Counted from the stretch's first letter, positions 39,991 to 49,833 are shown. The stretch: DNA of 64,000 nt from Candidatus Adlerbacteria bacterium (GCA_029288895.1 JARIGK010000004.1:13621-77620), one strand, 5' to 3'. The notes: generated from the sequence alone by a model not told the origin. Made by a program: numbers and translations.

Positions 39991-40257
39991 TTACTTCTTG
40001 AGGTTGAGTTTTTTAACAATAGCGGCGTAGCGCTTCTTGTGATTTGACTCCAAGTACTTCAAATGGGTGCGGCGGTCTGCGACCATCTGCAAAAGGCCGC
40101 GGCGCGAGTGCTTGTCCTTCAAATGTTTCTTCAAATGAGAGGTGAGTTCATCGATGCGCTTTGAAAGCACAGCAATCTGGACCTCGGCAGAGCCGGTGTC
40201 TGTATCATGAATTGCTGATTCTTTGATGACTTTCGCCTTTTTCTTCGCGGTAAGCAT
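39991..40257 (-). CDS. rpsO: 30S ribosomal protein S15
   Basis: HDTDTGSAEVQIA and HLKDKHSRRGLL motifs. Confidence 0.97.
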   Translation of the reverse strand: MLTAKKKAKVIKESAIHDTDTGSAEVQIAVLSKRIDELTSHLKKHLKDKHSRRGLLQMVADRRTHLKYLESNHKKRYAAIVKKLNLKK

Positions 40258-40401
40258 GTATCGATATACTAGCACGCCCTTTCTATTTACGCAAGCCCCC
40301 TCCCGTGTCCTTATATAAACAAAGACCCCGGTTTCTCTTTCGAGAAACCGGGGGTTGCCACCCTAGGCGAGGGTGGACTTGGCCCATAGGAGAGGCCTGA
40401 A

Positions 40402-40740
40402 CTAAGTAATTATACGATAGTTTTTGCGGATTACTGGCTGCCAGCTGCTTTGGCGATTCGCCCAGAGTCCATGGGGGTCTCTGGGAAGAATGATTGCGCC
40501 ATTGTTCTTCTTTTTCTTCTCGCGCATCACCCATTCGGCGAAATAGTAGCAGCCGAGAAACGCCAGCATAAGTCCACCTACCAGGAGTCCTCCCCACAGG
40601 AAGTACTCCGTGAAATCCGCAACCGCCCTATCCCACCAGGGACCAGGAGCTTTCTTCGCGTAGTGATGGGCGAGCCCTGCGTCTGCCAGAAGCAGAGCGA
40701 GAGCCACCCAGCACAGGCTTTCTTTGAGCGTCTTCGGCAT
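40402..40740 (-). CDS. Hypothetical membrane protein
   Basis: 112 aa with two hydrophobic segments and SD GGAG; hairpin terminator near 40325-40355. Confidence 0.55.
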   Translation of the reverse strand: MPKTLKESLCWVALALLLADAGLAHHYAKKAPGPWWDRAVADFTEYFLWGGLLVGGLMLAFLGCYYFAEWVMREKKKKNNGAIILPRDPHGLWANRQSSWQPVIRKNYRIIT

Positions 40741-40848
40741 GACCGAATCTCCATTTACTGTTGAAGGGCTTACCTTTGAAATATACCTTAAAGCTCAGTT
40801 ACTGTCAAGTGCCCATAGGTCGCACAATTTCGGGGGTAAAATGGGGCT

Positions 40849-41757
40849 ATGGCAGAGAATCTAGCCCTCCTCAAGACGCAGTTTTTGGAGTATTTGGAGA
40901 TCGAAAAGGGTCGGAGCGTAAAAACGGTCGAAAATTACGACCGCTACCTCACCCGCTACCTGGCGTTTAGCAAAGTCACCTCCCCCACCAAACTGACAGA
41001 GCAAAGTGTGCGCGAGTTCCGTATCCACTTAAACCGCCAGCCAGGCACGAGTGGCTCGATGAAGCACAAAACGCAAAACTACTACATGATTAGTTTGCGT
41101 GCGTTTTTAAAGTTCTTGCGCAAGCGCGGGATCGAATCACTCAACCCCGAACGCATCGAGTTGGCAAAAGTGGGCGCGCGCGATTTGGATTTAATTACGT
41201 CAGACGAATTGAGTAGATTGATGAACGGCCCTAAAGGCGCTTCCCTCTCTGACTTGCGCGATCGCGCCATTCTCGAATTGTTTTTCTCAACCGGTTTGCG
41301 TGTCTCAGAGTTGTGCTCATTAAATAGAGACATCGATTTAAGCCGCGATGAGTTTTCTGTTCGCGGCAAAGGCGAAAAAGTGCGCGTCGTCTTCCTCTCT
41401 CCAGAAGCAAAAAAAGCTATTAAAGACTATTTAGATAAACGCGGCGATATCGAAGACGCGTTGTTTATCCAGATGGGCAAAAACGCCAAGAACGCGAAAG
41501 AGTTCCGCCTCACCCCGCGCTCCGTGGAGCGCCTCGTCAAAAAATATGCAACCAAAGCGGGCATTACGCGCAAAGTGACGCCGCACGTTATCCGCCACTC
41601 CTTCGCGACCGATCTTCTTCAAAATGGCGCCGACCTGCGTTCCGTCCAAGCCCTGCTTGGCCATTCCAACATCACGACAACGCAGGTCTACACCCACGTC
41701 ACCGACAAACACTTAGCCGAAGTCCACAAAAAATTCCACGGCCAAAGGAGGAAATAA
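40849..41757 (+). CDS. Tyrosine recombinase, XerC/XerD family
   Basis: RDRAILEL..STGLRVSEL, GKGEKVR, HVIRHSFAT, LLGHSN and TTQVY catalytic motifs. Confidence 0.93.
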   Translation: MAENLALLKTQFLEYLEIEKGRSVKTVENYDRYLTRYLAFSKVTSPTKLTEQSVREFRIHLNRQPGTSGSMKHKTQNYYMISLRAFLKFLRKRGIESLNPERIELAKVGARDLDLITSDELSRLMNGPKGASLSDLRDRAILELFFSTGLRVSELCSLNRDIDLSRDEFSVRGKGEKVRVVFLSPEAKKAIKDYLDKRGDIEDALFIQMGKNAKNAKEFRLTPRSVERLVKKYATKAGITRKVTPHVIRHSFATDLLQNGADLRSVQALLGHSNITTTQVYTHVTDKHLAEVHKKFHGQRRK

Positions 41758-41785
41758 AAAGAAAATCGGAGCACTAGGCTCCGAT

Positions 41786-42256
41786 TCAGGTTTCTGTTTC
41801 TTCGCGAAACAAAAGGTATTCACCAATATTCTGCACCCACACCGAACCGCTTGTTCGCAACAGGTGCCGCTCTTCGTCTTTAGTGATCTCATACCTCGCG
41901 ATTGCTTTGTACGCGATTTTTCTATCGACTGAATTGCCCCATTCCGCAATACTTACCCAATCGATTAAGGAGTTCGCTGTCGCCATTACCTGTTTCCATG
42001 CATGGACCTGCAATGTATAGGCGGTGTTTTGGAAACCTGTATGCACCCAGGTTGCAAATGGATATCCATACGAATATCCAGTCCGAACTCGTTTGTCTTT
42101 GCAACGCCCTGATATATACAACCACTCGTGGCACTTCATTTCAGGTAGCGTGCTCAGAAGGGCTACCCGCTCTTTCCGTGGCGTTTTCGAGAATTTCTCC
42201 ACAAGCTCGTCGAGTTCATTTTGACGCTCCACGCTAAACAATTCGGAATCGGTCAT
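41786..42256 (-). CDS. Hypothetical protein
   Basis: ORF with SD AGGAGAGG before MTDSEL; divergent from a TrmB-like gene. Confidence 0.6.
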   Translation of the reverse strand: MTDSELFSVERQNELDELVEKFSKTPRKERVALLSTLPEMKCHEWLYISGRCKDKRVRTGYSYGYPFATWVHTGFQNTAYTLQVHAWKQVMATANSLIDWVSIAEWGNSVDRKIAYKAIARYEITKDEERHLLRTSGSVWVQNIGEYLLFREETET

Positions 42257-42382
42257 CGTCCTCTCCTGTACAAGAATATGTCTCAATCAATAATGCTGGC
42301 TAAGCTTGACATTGTCAATTAAATATATTACAAATATTAATAACAAAAAGCTTGATTTTTCAATAAAATTTGCTATTTTGTA

Positions 42383-43168
42383 ATGAATAAAATGACAAAC
42401 AAAAAAGAGAGACTAGGAGATGTAAGTTGGAAGTTGCAGCAACTTGGAATCCACGAGCATGATGCAGAGGTGTACATGCTTCTGCTCCAGCGCGGCGCAG
42501 AGATGAGTGGGGCTAAAATTGCCATTGCCCTATCGATGCACCGGCAGTATGTCTACCAAGGGCTGAAACGATTGCAGAAACTCGGGCTTGTAGAAGAAAT
42601 TCCAAATGGTGCACGAACGAAATATCGAGCTCTGCCACCGCAGCAACTTTCGCATGTTGCAAAAAAGAAACTGGAATACGCTGACTCTGCAGCGCGCGAG
42701 CTTGAGCTTATTTCTGCAATAGGTAGCGATCAGGATTTTGATATCTATCGCGGGACACAGCAAGTAATGCAATTTGAGGAGCAATTTCTCGATAGTCTTT
42801 CTGACGACGATGTGCAGTACATCATAGGTGGCAGCACACGCGCCTTCTTCCGTGTCTTTGGCGAACAGTACGAAGAGCTTTCTACTACTGCGCGTTCGCG
42901 CAATCTCAAAAGCTACTACTTGGCGTCACCAGATGATGTTGAGTTTTTGGAGCGTGTTAAAAAGGCGCAGCCCATGTACGAATTTCGTATCCTGAAAAAA
43001 CTTCCAGCAACGATTACGTCGACTGTGATCCGCAACAATAACGAAGTTAGTTTCTACAGTATGGGGAACCCGCCGCTTGTATATGTCATCAAATCTGAAA
43101 AAGTCGCAGCAGACTACAAAAAACTGTTCGACATTCTTTGGTCCATTGCCGAGCCGTATAAGGAATAA
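42383..43168 (+). CDS. TrmB-like HTH transcriptional regulator
   Basis: L..LG....AEVY..LL, RQYVY..L.RL..LGLV and F..LW C-terminus. Confidence 0.85.
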   Translation: MNKMTNKKERLGDVSWKLQQLGIHEHDAEVYMLLLQRGAEMSGAKIAIALSMHRQYVYQGLKRLQKLGLVEEIPNGARTKYRALPPQQLSHVAKKKLEYADSAARELELISAIGSDQDFDIYRGTQQVMQFEEQFLDSLSDDDVQYIIGGSTRAFFRVFGEQYEELSTTARSRNLKSYYLASPDDVEFLERVKKAQPMYEFRILKKLPATITSTVIRNNNEVSFYSMGNPPLVYVIKSEKVAADYKKLFDILWSIAEPYKE

Positions 43169-43234
43169 AAACTTTTTACTACGCTACAAAGGAAAATAAA
43201 AGAAAAACTCCGCACCAAGGTGGTGCGGAGAAGA

Positions 43235-43897
43235 TTATCGCCCAATGAGTTCAGTAAACTCAGGCAGATGATCGAACACGTGTGCGGCGCCCATGTCCAT
43301 GAGCGCTTCGCGCGATTCGTGGCCACGGGTAATGCCAAGCGGGATAGCCTTTGCCTCGATGGCGGAGTGCATGTCGGCGCCCCAATCCCCGATATAGCAG
43401 GCGTGTGTCGTATCTGTGCCAAGTGCATCACACGCTTCGCGCACAGCGTCGGCTTTGTCAGTACGGCTTCCAGAGATATGGCCGACGTACTTGTTCAGCC
43501 CGTGTGTCTCGAGCCACATTGCGACGGCGTCGTGATTGTGGCTACTGACAACAAAGATGGGCATCTCCCACAGGTGAAGCAATTGGAATGTGGGAAGCAC
43601 ATCAAGAAATGGCTCCGTCGAATCATGATGGCCGTCGGAGTAGCGGCGGTACACCTGAAGATAGTCTGCGGTCGTGCATATGACGCCATACTTTGCGCAG
43701 AATTCTTCCAAGTCGTGTGAGTAGTCTCGCACAAACTTGGAGAATGTAGGCGTGCTATGCGCCTTAAGTTCCCGAAGCGAATGGCACAAGAATTGGTACG
43801 CGGGGTAGCCCGTGTCGCGGAGGACGCCATCAACGTCGAACCCGGCTGCCTTCAATGTAAACGACCCGTTCGGGAGGCGAAGATAGAGCGTATTCAT
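43235..43897 (-). CDS. HAD-superfamily hydrolase
   Basis: GFDVDGVLRDT (motif I), VSS, K and YIGD...D motifs. Confidence 0.88.
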   Translation of the reverse strand: MNTLYLRLPNGSFTLKAAGFDVDGVLRDTGYPAYQFLCHSLRELKAHSTPTFSKFVRDYSHDLEEFCAKYGVICTTADYLQVYRRYSDGHHDSTEPFLDVLPTFQLLHLWEMPIFVVSSHNHDAVAMWLETHGLNKYVGHISGSRTDKADAVREACDALGTDTTHACYIGDWGADMHSAIEAKAIPLGITRGHESREALMDMGAAHVFDHLPEFTELIGR

Positions 43898-43963
43898 CAG
43901 TATTCCCCTGCTGGAGTGATCTTCTCCCCTTTATGTACAGTGCCTGGAGAAAACAGTCAATTT

Positions 43964-44446
43964 CTAAAACTCCACTTCTTTGTATTCAAAACTGCCGACC
44001 GGAAATGGTTTTTCAGAACCTGTGAAAACACATTCTGCTTCTATTGTTTTACCTTCGGTGAGTACAAGCGGCATCCAATACGGGTCCGATGGCCACATAT
44101 GGTCGAGCGGGAGTTTTGCACATTCGTGCCACTCAAATGGGCCCATCTCGTCTGATTCAGTTGGGTGGCCAGCATAGGTGTTGGTTACAAATACGTGCAC
44201 ATCGTGGTCGTACTCGGGTTTGTGTTCGAAGCGGAACATGATGTGCGCGACTTGCCTTAGATCTTCTACATGCACATCCAAACCACACTCTTCTTTTGTT
44301 TCGCGGCACGCACTTTGTTCTATCGTTTCCCCTTCCTCAACGCCTCCGCCAAACCCGTTCCAATACCCCGCACCAAATTTCTTTTTCTTTTTTGCGAGCA
44401 ACACTTTCTCTCCGTCGACTATAAAAAGGAGTGATACGAGCCGCAT
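43964..44446 (-). CDS. Nudix hydrolase (8-oxo-dGTPase, MTH1-like)
   Basis: WNGFGGGVEEGETIEQSACRETKEECGL Nudix box, ESDEM and MWPSD motifs. Confidence 0.9.
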   Translation of the reverse strand: MRLVSLLFIVDGEKVLLAKKKKKFGAGYWNGFGGGVEEGETIEQSACRETKEECGLDVHVEDLRQVAHIMFRFEHKPEYDHDVHVFVTNTYAGHPTESDEMGPFEWHECAKLPLDHMWPSDPYWMPLVLTEGKTIEAECVFTGSEKPFPVGSFEYKEVEF

Positions 44447-44482
44447 ATATAGAAGTCTACTCCTTTTTGGTACACTGACTAT

Positions 44483-45283
44483 ATGAAGCTGATTTCCTGG
44501 AACGTAAACGGCATCCGCGCAGTGCACAACAAAAAACTCTTTGTGCCGTTTTTGGAAGAGTACAAGCCCGACATTTTATGTTTGCAGGAGACAAAAGCAC
44601 ACCAACATCAAAGCGAAGTCGATTTGCCCGACTACGAAGAGTACTGGAATAGTGCCGAAAAAAAGGGATACAGCGGCACAGCGATTTTTACAAAAACAAA
44701 ACCGCTCTCTGTCATACTTGGCATCCCAGAGGACATCGCAAAAAAATATAAGTTGAACGACGACGGCTACGGCGACCCAACAAAAGAGGGCCGCGTTATC
44801 GCGGCAGAATTTAAAAAGTTCTACGTGGTTACGGTGTATACGCCCAACTCCAAAGACGATCTCTCGCGCCTCACACTTCGCCACAAACAGTGGGACCCAG
44901 CGTTTTTGGCATACATGGAGCGTTTGCAAGAATCAAAGCCTGTCTTATTTTGCGGCGACTTAAACGTGGCGCACACCGCCATCGACTTAGCCAACCCCAA
45001 AGCAAACGTCGGCGAACATGGCTTTACCGACGAAGAACGCGAAGGCATCGACAAAATTTTGAAGGCTGGTTTCATCGACACATTCCGCCACCTGCACCCC
45101 GAAACACTTGGCGCCTATACGTGGTGGACGCACTGGGCAAATGCTCGCGCACGCAACGTCGGTTGGCGCATCGACTACTGGTTCGCTTCAAAAAAACTCG
45201 CGAAACATATAACAAGGGCAGAAATCTTGCCCGAAGTGATGGGCTCCGACCACTGCCCCGTACTCCTTGAGCTAGACCTCTAA
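44483..45283 (+). CDS. xth: Exodeoxyribonuclease III
   Basis: SWNVNGIRA, LQETK, GDLNVAH, GWRIDY and GSDHCP motifs. Confidence 0.96.
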   Translation: MKLISWNVNGIRAVHNKKLFVPFLEEYKPDILCLQETKAHQHQSEVDLPDYEEYWNSAEKKGYSGTAIFTKTKPLSVILGIPEDIAKKYKLNDDGYGDPTKEGRVIAAEFKKFYVVTVYTPNSKDDLSRLTLRHKQWDPAFLAYMERLQESKPVLFCGDLNVAHTAIDLANPKANVGEHGFTDEEREGIDKILKAGFIDTFRHLHPETLGAYTWWTHWANARARNVGWRIDYWFASKKLAKHITRAEILPEVMGSDHCPVLLELDL

Positions 45284-46210
45284 CAAAGGGTCGATAAACT
45301 TCCACTGCGCACGGATATATTCTATCGATGGGAAGAGCGTGTGGTCGCCGGCCATTGCAGCCCTAAGTAACAGTTCGTATTCCGGAATTTTATTTGAATG
45401 CTCGCTGAATATTTTTATTGAGCCGTCTTTGAATATAAGTTCGACTTCTTTTTTATTTTCTGGCATCCGCTTCCCTGCTTCGAGAATAATTTTTATATCC
45501 CCTGCTCTCGTTTCAATTTTGAAATACGTTTCAGTCTCTGAATCTGCCGCAACACCTTTGGTGTCTTTGTAGCCGTCGTACTGCGTGCGTTCAATTGTTG
45601 TAGGCGCATCGGGCGTTGGCAGCGGCACAAGCTGCTTCAAAATCTGCAGCATGTGGTTTTGGCCGACATCGCGCAGCGTGCCGAGTTTGTCGTATGTGCT
45701 CCCCCGCTTCTCTACCCCAGCAGTTTCGAGCAGGCGGATGTGAATTTCTGCAATCGCTTCCCTCTCAGTATGTAACTCCCCTAACTCGCGCACCCAGTCT
45801 TTGGCCGCGTAGTGGTCGTTGATAAAAATATTTTGCTCGTCGGTGATGTCTTTGAGTAACGCATACAATTCCTCGGCCTCTTCCCCACTTCGGCCAAATG
45901 GCTTCTCGAGCATGATTTTTACATCCCGGCTAAAGCCTGCCGCTTTCATATTCAGGAGCGCTTCTTTATAGAGCGCCGGTGCGATGCAGAAATAAAACAG
46001 CGCCTCCTCCCCTGCCAGCTTTTCTTTTATATCCAAAAACGTCTGTAGCTCGCTTGTGTCGCCCTGCACAAAATCAAACTGTGATGGGATGTTCACTTCG
46101 TTCCGCGGCTTGCGCGAGACTCCAATAACGTCCAACTGCAGCTTCTCTAACGCTGGGATAACCTTCGCCCTCATCAAATCCCCCGTTACCCCGAATGCGA
46201 CGAATTTCAT
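45272..46210 (-). CDS. zwf: Glucose-6-phosphate dehydrogenase-like protein (compact, 312 aa)
   Basis: FGVTGDL, EKPFG, NDHYAAK, RDVGQNH, ETETY and AGK motifs. Confidence 0.75.
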   Translation of the reverse strand: MKFVAFGVTGDLMRAKVIPALEKLQLDVIGVSRKPRNEVNIPSQFDFVQGDTSELQTFLDIKEKLAGEEALFYFCIAPALYKEALLNMKAAGFSRDVKIMLEKPFGRSGEEAEELYALLKDITDEQNIFINDHYAAKDWVRELGELHTEREAIAEIHIRLLETAGVEKRGSTYDKLGTLRDVGQNHMLQILKQLVPLPTPDAPTTIERTQYDGYKDTKGVAADSETETYFKIETRAGDIKIILEAGKRMPENKKEVELIFKDGSIKIFSEHSNKIPEYELLLRAAMAGDHTLFPSIEYIRAQWKFIDPLLEV

Positions 46211-46272
46211 ACTCTAACTATACGCCTCCCAAAAGAAAAAGCCGTCCCGATGAGCGGAACGGTTTTTGTGTC

Positions 46273-46539
46273 CTAGAACACACTCAGGACGTGGCCCCAC
46301 CATTCTTGCTGGAGCAGCCGCGGGTCGATTGTGGAGAGTGTACAGTGATGCCGGAGCATAAACCCACTGCCGCCAGAAAAAAGTATGCAGCCAAGATCCG
46401 CAATGAGGAAAATGGGCATCAACAACGGGAAAGGCCTTTGTCTGAGAAGCCCATTTCCGTAGTCCGAACAAAAGAAGAGCGTACAAGGCACTGCAGGAAA
46501 ACAGAGTGCCCACAGCAGAACAGTATCTTGAGTACACAT
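46273..46539 (-). CDS. Small hypothetical (membrane?) protein, last unit of the repeat array
   Basis: 88 aa from ATG 46539, followed by a terminator near 46234-46267; an alternative frame exists. Confidence 0.4.
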   Translation of the reverse strand: MCTQDTVLLWALCFPAVPCTLFFCSDYGNGLLRQRPFPLLMPIFLIADLGCILFSGGSGFMLRHHCTLSTIDPRLLQQEWWGHVLSVF

Positions 46540-46558
46540 GCGAGTTTCCCTTGAGTAT

Positions 46559-46643
46559 GAAAGTACTTCTATTCGAACGTTTTGCTCTATGAATCCACGA
46601 ACCATTCGCAGACTCAATTGAGAGAAGAAGATAAAGCTTCTTC
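46559..46643 (-). repeat. Structured intergenic repeat, copy A
   Basis: Two hairpins followed by CAAAACGTTCGAATAGAAGTACTTTC (minus strand). Confidence 0.9.
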
Positions 46644-46654
46644 ACATACACTAA

Positions 46655-47347
46655 CTACCCTTCCTTAGTTTTAAGAACAAAGGCAATAAAATCCGGATGT
46701 GCTTGGGTATCGAGTACCTCGCTTTCCGCAATGTCCAGAATCTGGAGTCCGTGCTTCTTAAATAGCTGTATGTAGTACGACAGCGGGCGGTGGTAGTCAG
46801 TAAATTCGATGCCGTTTTCATGCACAATCTTTTTATACTTGAATTCTTTGTCGTACTTTGGGTTCCACACATGTGAACGGATGCGTTTTGTTACAATGCC
46901 AACAGTTAAATAGTCGCTGCATGGGTTGCAAAGACTCACAATAATGGGCGCGCCATCTTTTGCGAGAATTTTTAAATTCTCAAGCATCACATCCTGGTCT
47001 TTTTTCTTGAGTATGCAGAGTACAAGGTTAGATGTTACAAGATCGAACTTTCCGGCAAGGGTCGGAAGCTTTTTTACAAATTCTGTGTTGGTATAAAACC
47101 TAGGTTTTGTATATTGAGATTTTGCTTGTGCCACCATTCCATCGGCTTCGTCGAAGGCCTCAGTCGCATATCCTTTCTGTGATACTGCGTCTGCAAACTC
47201 TCCCCATCCGCAGCCATAGTCGAATGCTGTTCCAGACTTTGGGGCGTATTTTTTAATAAGCGAAAATAGTTTTTCATTCAAAACGCGGTTTTTTGCGTCT
47301 TGGATTTTCGGTGCCTTTTTAGATAATGTATTCCATTCGTTTGCCAT
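46655..47347 (-). CDS. Class I SAM-dependent methyltransferase
   Basis: AFDYGCGWG motif I, FDLVTSNLVL, HRPLSYY; start set at MANEW. Confidence 0.88.
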   Translation of the reverse strand: MANEWNTLSKKAPKIQDAKNRVLNEKLFSLIKKYAPKSGTAFDYGCGWGEFADAVSQKGYATEAFDEADGMVAQAKSQYTKPRFYTNTEFVKKLPTLAGKFDLVTSNLVLCILKKKDQDVMLENLKILAKDGAPIIVSLCNPCSDYLTVGIVTKRIRSHVWNPKYDKEFKYKKIVHENGIEFTDYHRPLSYYIQLFKKHGLQILDIAESEVLDTQAHPDFIAFVLKTKEG

Positions 47348-47351
47348 ATAG

Positions 47352-49766
47352 TTATTTTTTGCGGAGCACAAAGTAGATAAAGTCAGGGAAGAGTTGTGTG
47401 CCCAAGGTGTCGCTTTCAGCAATGTCTACAATCTCGAGACCATGTTTCTTGAAGAGTTCGACATAATATTCAAGCGGGCGATGATAGTCTGTAAACTCAA
47501 GGCCGTTTTCATGCACAATTTTAGTATGCTGGAATTCTTTTTCGTACGATGCGTTCGCCGGAAGTATACGATGCGTTACGATGCTGTCGCGCATGTCGTC
47601 AAAGGCCGGGTGGCAAAAACTTAGTAGCAGCGTGCCATTATCATTGAGCAAGCGCTTCATATTTTCTATCAACACCCCGTGCTCTTCTTTTTTGGTAATA
47701 CAGAGCCAAAGGTTCGAGTAGACCATGTCGAACTTATGCTCAAGTAACGGAAGTGTTTTGTAGAATTCTTCTTTTGTAAGGAAAGTCGGCTTTGTAAATT
47801 TCTTTTTTGCAGAAGCAAGCAGACGCTCTGATTCGTTAATTGCAGTCACAGCGTAGCCTTTGTCTGCAAGGATGTTTGCATGTTCGCCCCACTCGCAGTA
47901 GTAATCGAATATTTTCCCGCCTTTAGAAACATATGTGCGCACGAGTTTTGTAAATATTCCATCGAATACAAGGCCTTTTGCCTTTTGAATTTTCTTTGTC
48001 TGTGCCGCAATTGTTGACCACTCATTGGCGATAGCTTCCATGCGCGCCTCACGACTTGTCATATGTGTTGGTTTTTCAACGCGGAAGCACCCAACGTATA
48101 GCACGTCGATACCAGTACGCAGGAAGGTGTTTAGTGCGTCGCGCGGAGTCTCTGGCACCGATTCGTTGTCATTAAGTGATGTGTTTAACACAATTGGAAC
48201 ACCAGTTTCTTTAAAGAAAGCTGAGATAAGTGCGTGATAGCGCCCGTTATCTTCTTTGCGTACTGTTTGGATGCGCGCACTACCATCAAAATGTGTCCCT
48301 GAAGGCATTTTATCTGGATGCAACACGTCAGCATTCAGTATCATGTACGGTGCAGGCACTGAAATGTCGAACCACTTTGATGCTTCTTCCGCGAGGACGC
48401 TTGGCGCAAATGGGCGGAAATGTTCGCGATGTTTAACTTTGTGATTCAGGATGTCTTTCATCTCCGGATTGCGCGGGTCTGCAACAATGCTGCGATTGCC
48501 CAATGCGCGCGGGCCCATTTCGCTACGGCCCTGAAACCATCCAACTACTTTGCCCTCTGCAATATCATGGGCCGCTGCCGTTGTCAGTGTTGAGAGATCA
48601 AGTTTTTTATGTGTGATCATGGGTTCATTCGAAAGCGCATCGAGTATTTCCGCTTCGCTATACTCCTTGCCTTGGTAGACGGACATCTCTTTACGGACTG
48701 CATGGGCGCTATCGAATACGTTCAGTGCCCAGAATGCATCGCCCAAACATTGACCGCTGTCCCCCGCTGCCGGCTGGATGTAAATGTTTTCAATGCCAGC
48801 GTGGTCGAGCAATGCACGGTTAGACACTGCGTTGAGTCCTACGCCGCCCGCGATGCAGAGATTTTTTATGCCAGTTTTCTCTACGAGGTGTTTTACTTTG
48901 TGTATGAGCGCGCGGTCTAATTCACGTTGTATGAGCCACGCTACATCTTCTATGTCCTCATTTATTTCTTCAGTTGGTTTGCGCGCAGATATATTTATGC
49001 CGTGTTCAGCAAGCCACCGCTCAATAACTTTAGGAGAACCTTCGCGTGTGCGGTCGCTGTCGGGCACTAAACATGTAACTTTACCTTCTGGCAAAAGCTC
49101 AAACACCCGCACGTCTTTAAAACGATTGCGTTTTGAGCCATATGCAGAAAGGCCCATCAACTTACCTGCATATTTGTAGCCTGGAAATCCGCAGAAATAT
49201 GTAAAGTAGCGATACACGCCACCAAATCCGTTTTCCTGCGGACCTATTTCCTCACGTTCAAGCAGATCTAATTCTTTTCCATTGCCTAAAAAGTAACTGC
49301 TGTGCTCGAACTGATTTTCCCAATAGCGGTTTTGATTTTTTGTTCCTGACTTAAAACTATTTCCAAGCATATTGCCATCGCCGTCGAGAACCATAACAAT
49401 CGCTTTTTCAAATGGTGATGGCCAAAATGCGCTATATGCATGCGAAAGATGGTGCCCGCACACTCGTATTTTTGAAAGCGGCACGCTAAACCCGCGTTTC
49501 TCGAGTTGTTTTTGAACATCCTGTTCGCGTGCTTTGATATCGAGACATGAGCTTGCGACAAAGAGATCTATGTCATCTATAGAAAGATTGTTGTTTTCAA
49601 GTATGTAATTGATGCTCTGCACAAAGCCGGCATCGTATTGCTTACGAGTAAGACGCTCTTCATTGATAAGCATCTTTACTTCCCCATCTACTACCAAACA
49701 CGCGCCGCCGTTGTCGAGCGGAAGCCCGTATGAGTTATGTTCTAGATTAAATCCCAGTATTTTCAT
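47352..49766 (-). CDS. Carbamoyltransferase (NodU/CmcH/TobZ family) fused to a C-terminal methyltransferase-like domain
   Basis: EERLTR, HHLSHA, VLDGDG, GKLMGLSAYG, AGGVGLN, GPRALGNRS, FRPFAP and LNTSLN motifs; last ~230 aa are paralogous to the next gene. Confidence 0.9.
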   Translation of the reverse strand: MKILGFNLEHNSYGLPLDNGGACLVVDGEVKMLINEERLTRKQYDAGFVQSINYILENNNLSIDDIDLFVASSCLDIKAREQDVQKQLEKRGFSVPLSKIRVCGHHLSHAYSAFWPSPFEKAIVMVLDGDGNMLGNSFKSGTKNQNRYWENQFEHSSYFLGNGKELDLLEREEIGPQENGFGGVYRYFTYFCGFPGYKYAGKLMGLSAYGSKRNRFKDVRVFELLPEGKVTCLVPDSDRTREGSPKVIERWLAEHGINISARKPTEEINEDIEDVAWLIQRELDRALIHKVKHLVEKTGIKNLCIAGGVGLNAVSNRALLDHAGIENIYIQPAAGDSGQCLGDAFWALNVFDSAHAVRKEMSVYQGKEYSEAEILDALSNEPMITHKKLDLSTLTTAAAHDIAEGKVVGWFQGRSEMGPRALGNRSIVADPRNPEMKDILNHKVKHREHFRPFAPSVLAEEASKWFDISVPAPYMILNADVLHPDKMPSGTHFDGSARIQTVRKEDNGRYHALISAFFKETGVPIVLNTSLNDNESVPETPRDALNTFLRTGIDVLYVGCFRVEKPTHMTSREARMEAIANEWSTIAAQTKKIQKAKGLVFDGIFTKLVRTYVSKGGKIFDYYCEWGEHANILADKGYAVTAINESERLLASAKKKFTKPTFLTKEEFYKTLPLLEHKFDMVYSNLWLCITKKEEHGVLIENMKRLLNDNGTLLLSFCHPAFDDMRDSIVTHRILPANASYEKEFQHTKIVHENGLEFTDYHRPLEYYVELFKKHGLEIVDIAESDTLGTQLFPDFIYFVLRKK

Positions 49767-49767
49767 A

Positions 49768-49833
49768 GTTTTTCTTTATGAGTCTGCGAATTTAGTTCGC
49801 AGACTCAATCAAGGGGAGAAATTACTTTCTCCC
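49768..49833 (-). repeat. Structured intergenic repeat, copy B (hairpins plus AAAAAC only)
   Basis: GGGAGAAA-GTAA-TTTCTCCC CTT-GAT-TGAGTCTGCGAA...TTCGCAGACTCA-TA-AAG AAAAAC, then T-ATG. Confidence 0.8.

Noticed and set aside
40849-41757. Tyrosine recombinase as an integron integrase or prophage integrase
   Set aside because: It has Xer-like size and motifs, no evident IntI-specific insertion, a leaderless core-type start, and lies ~5 kb from the array with housekeeping genes in between.
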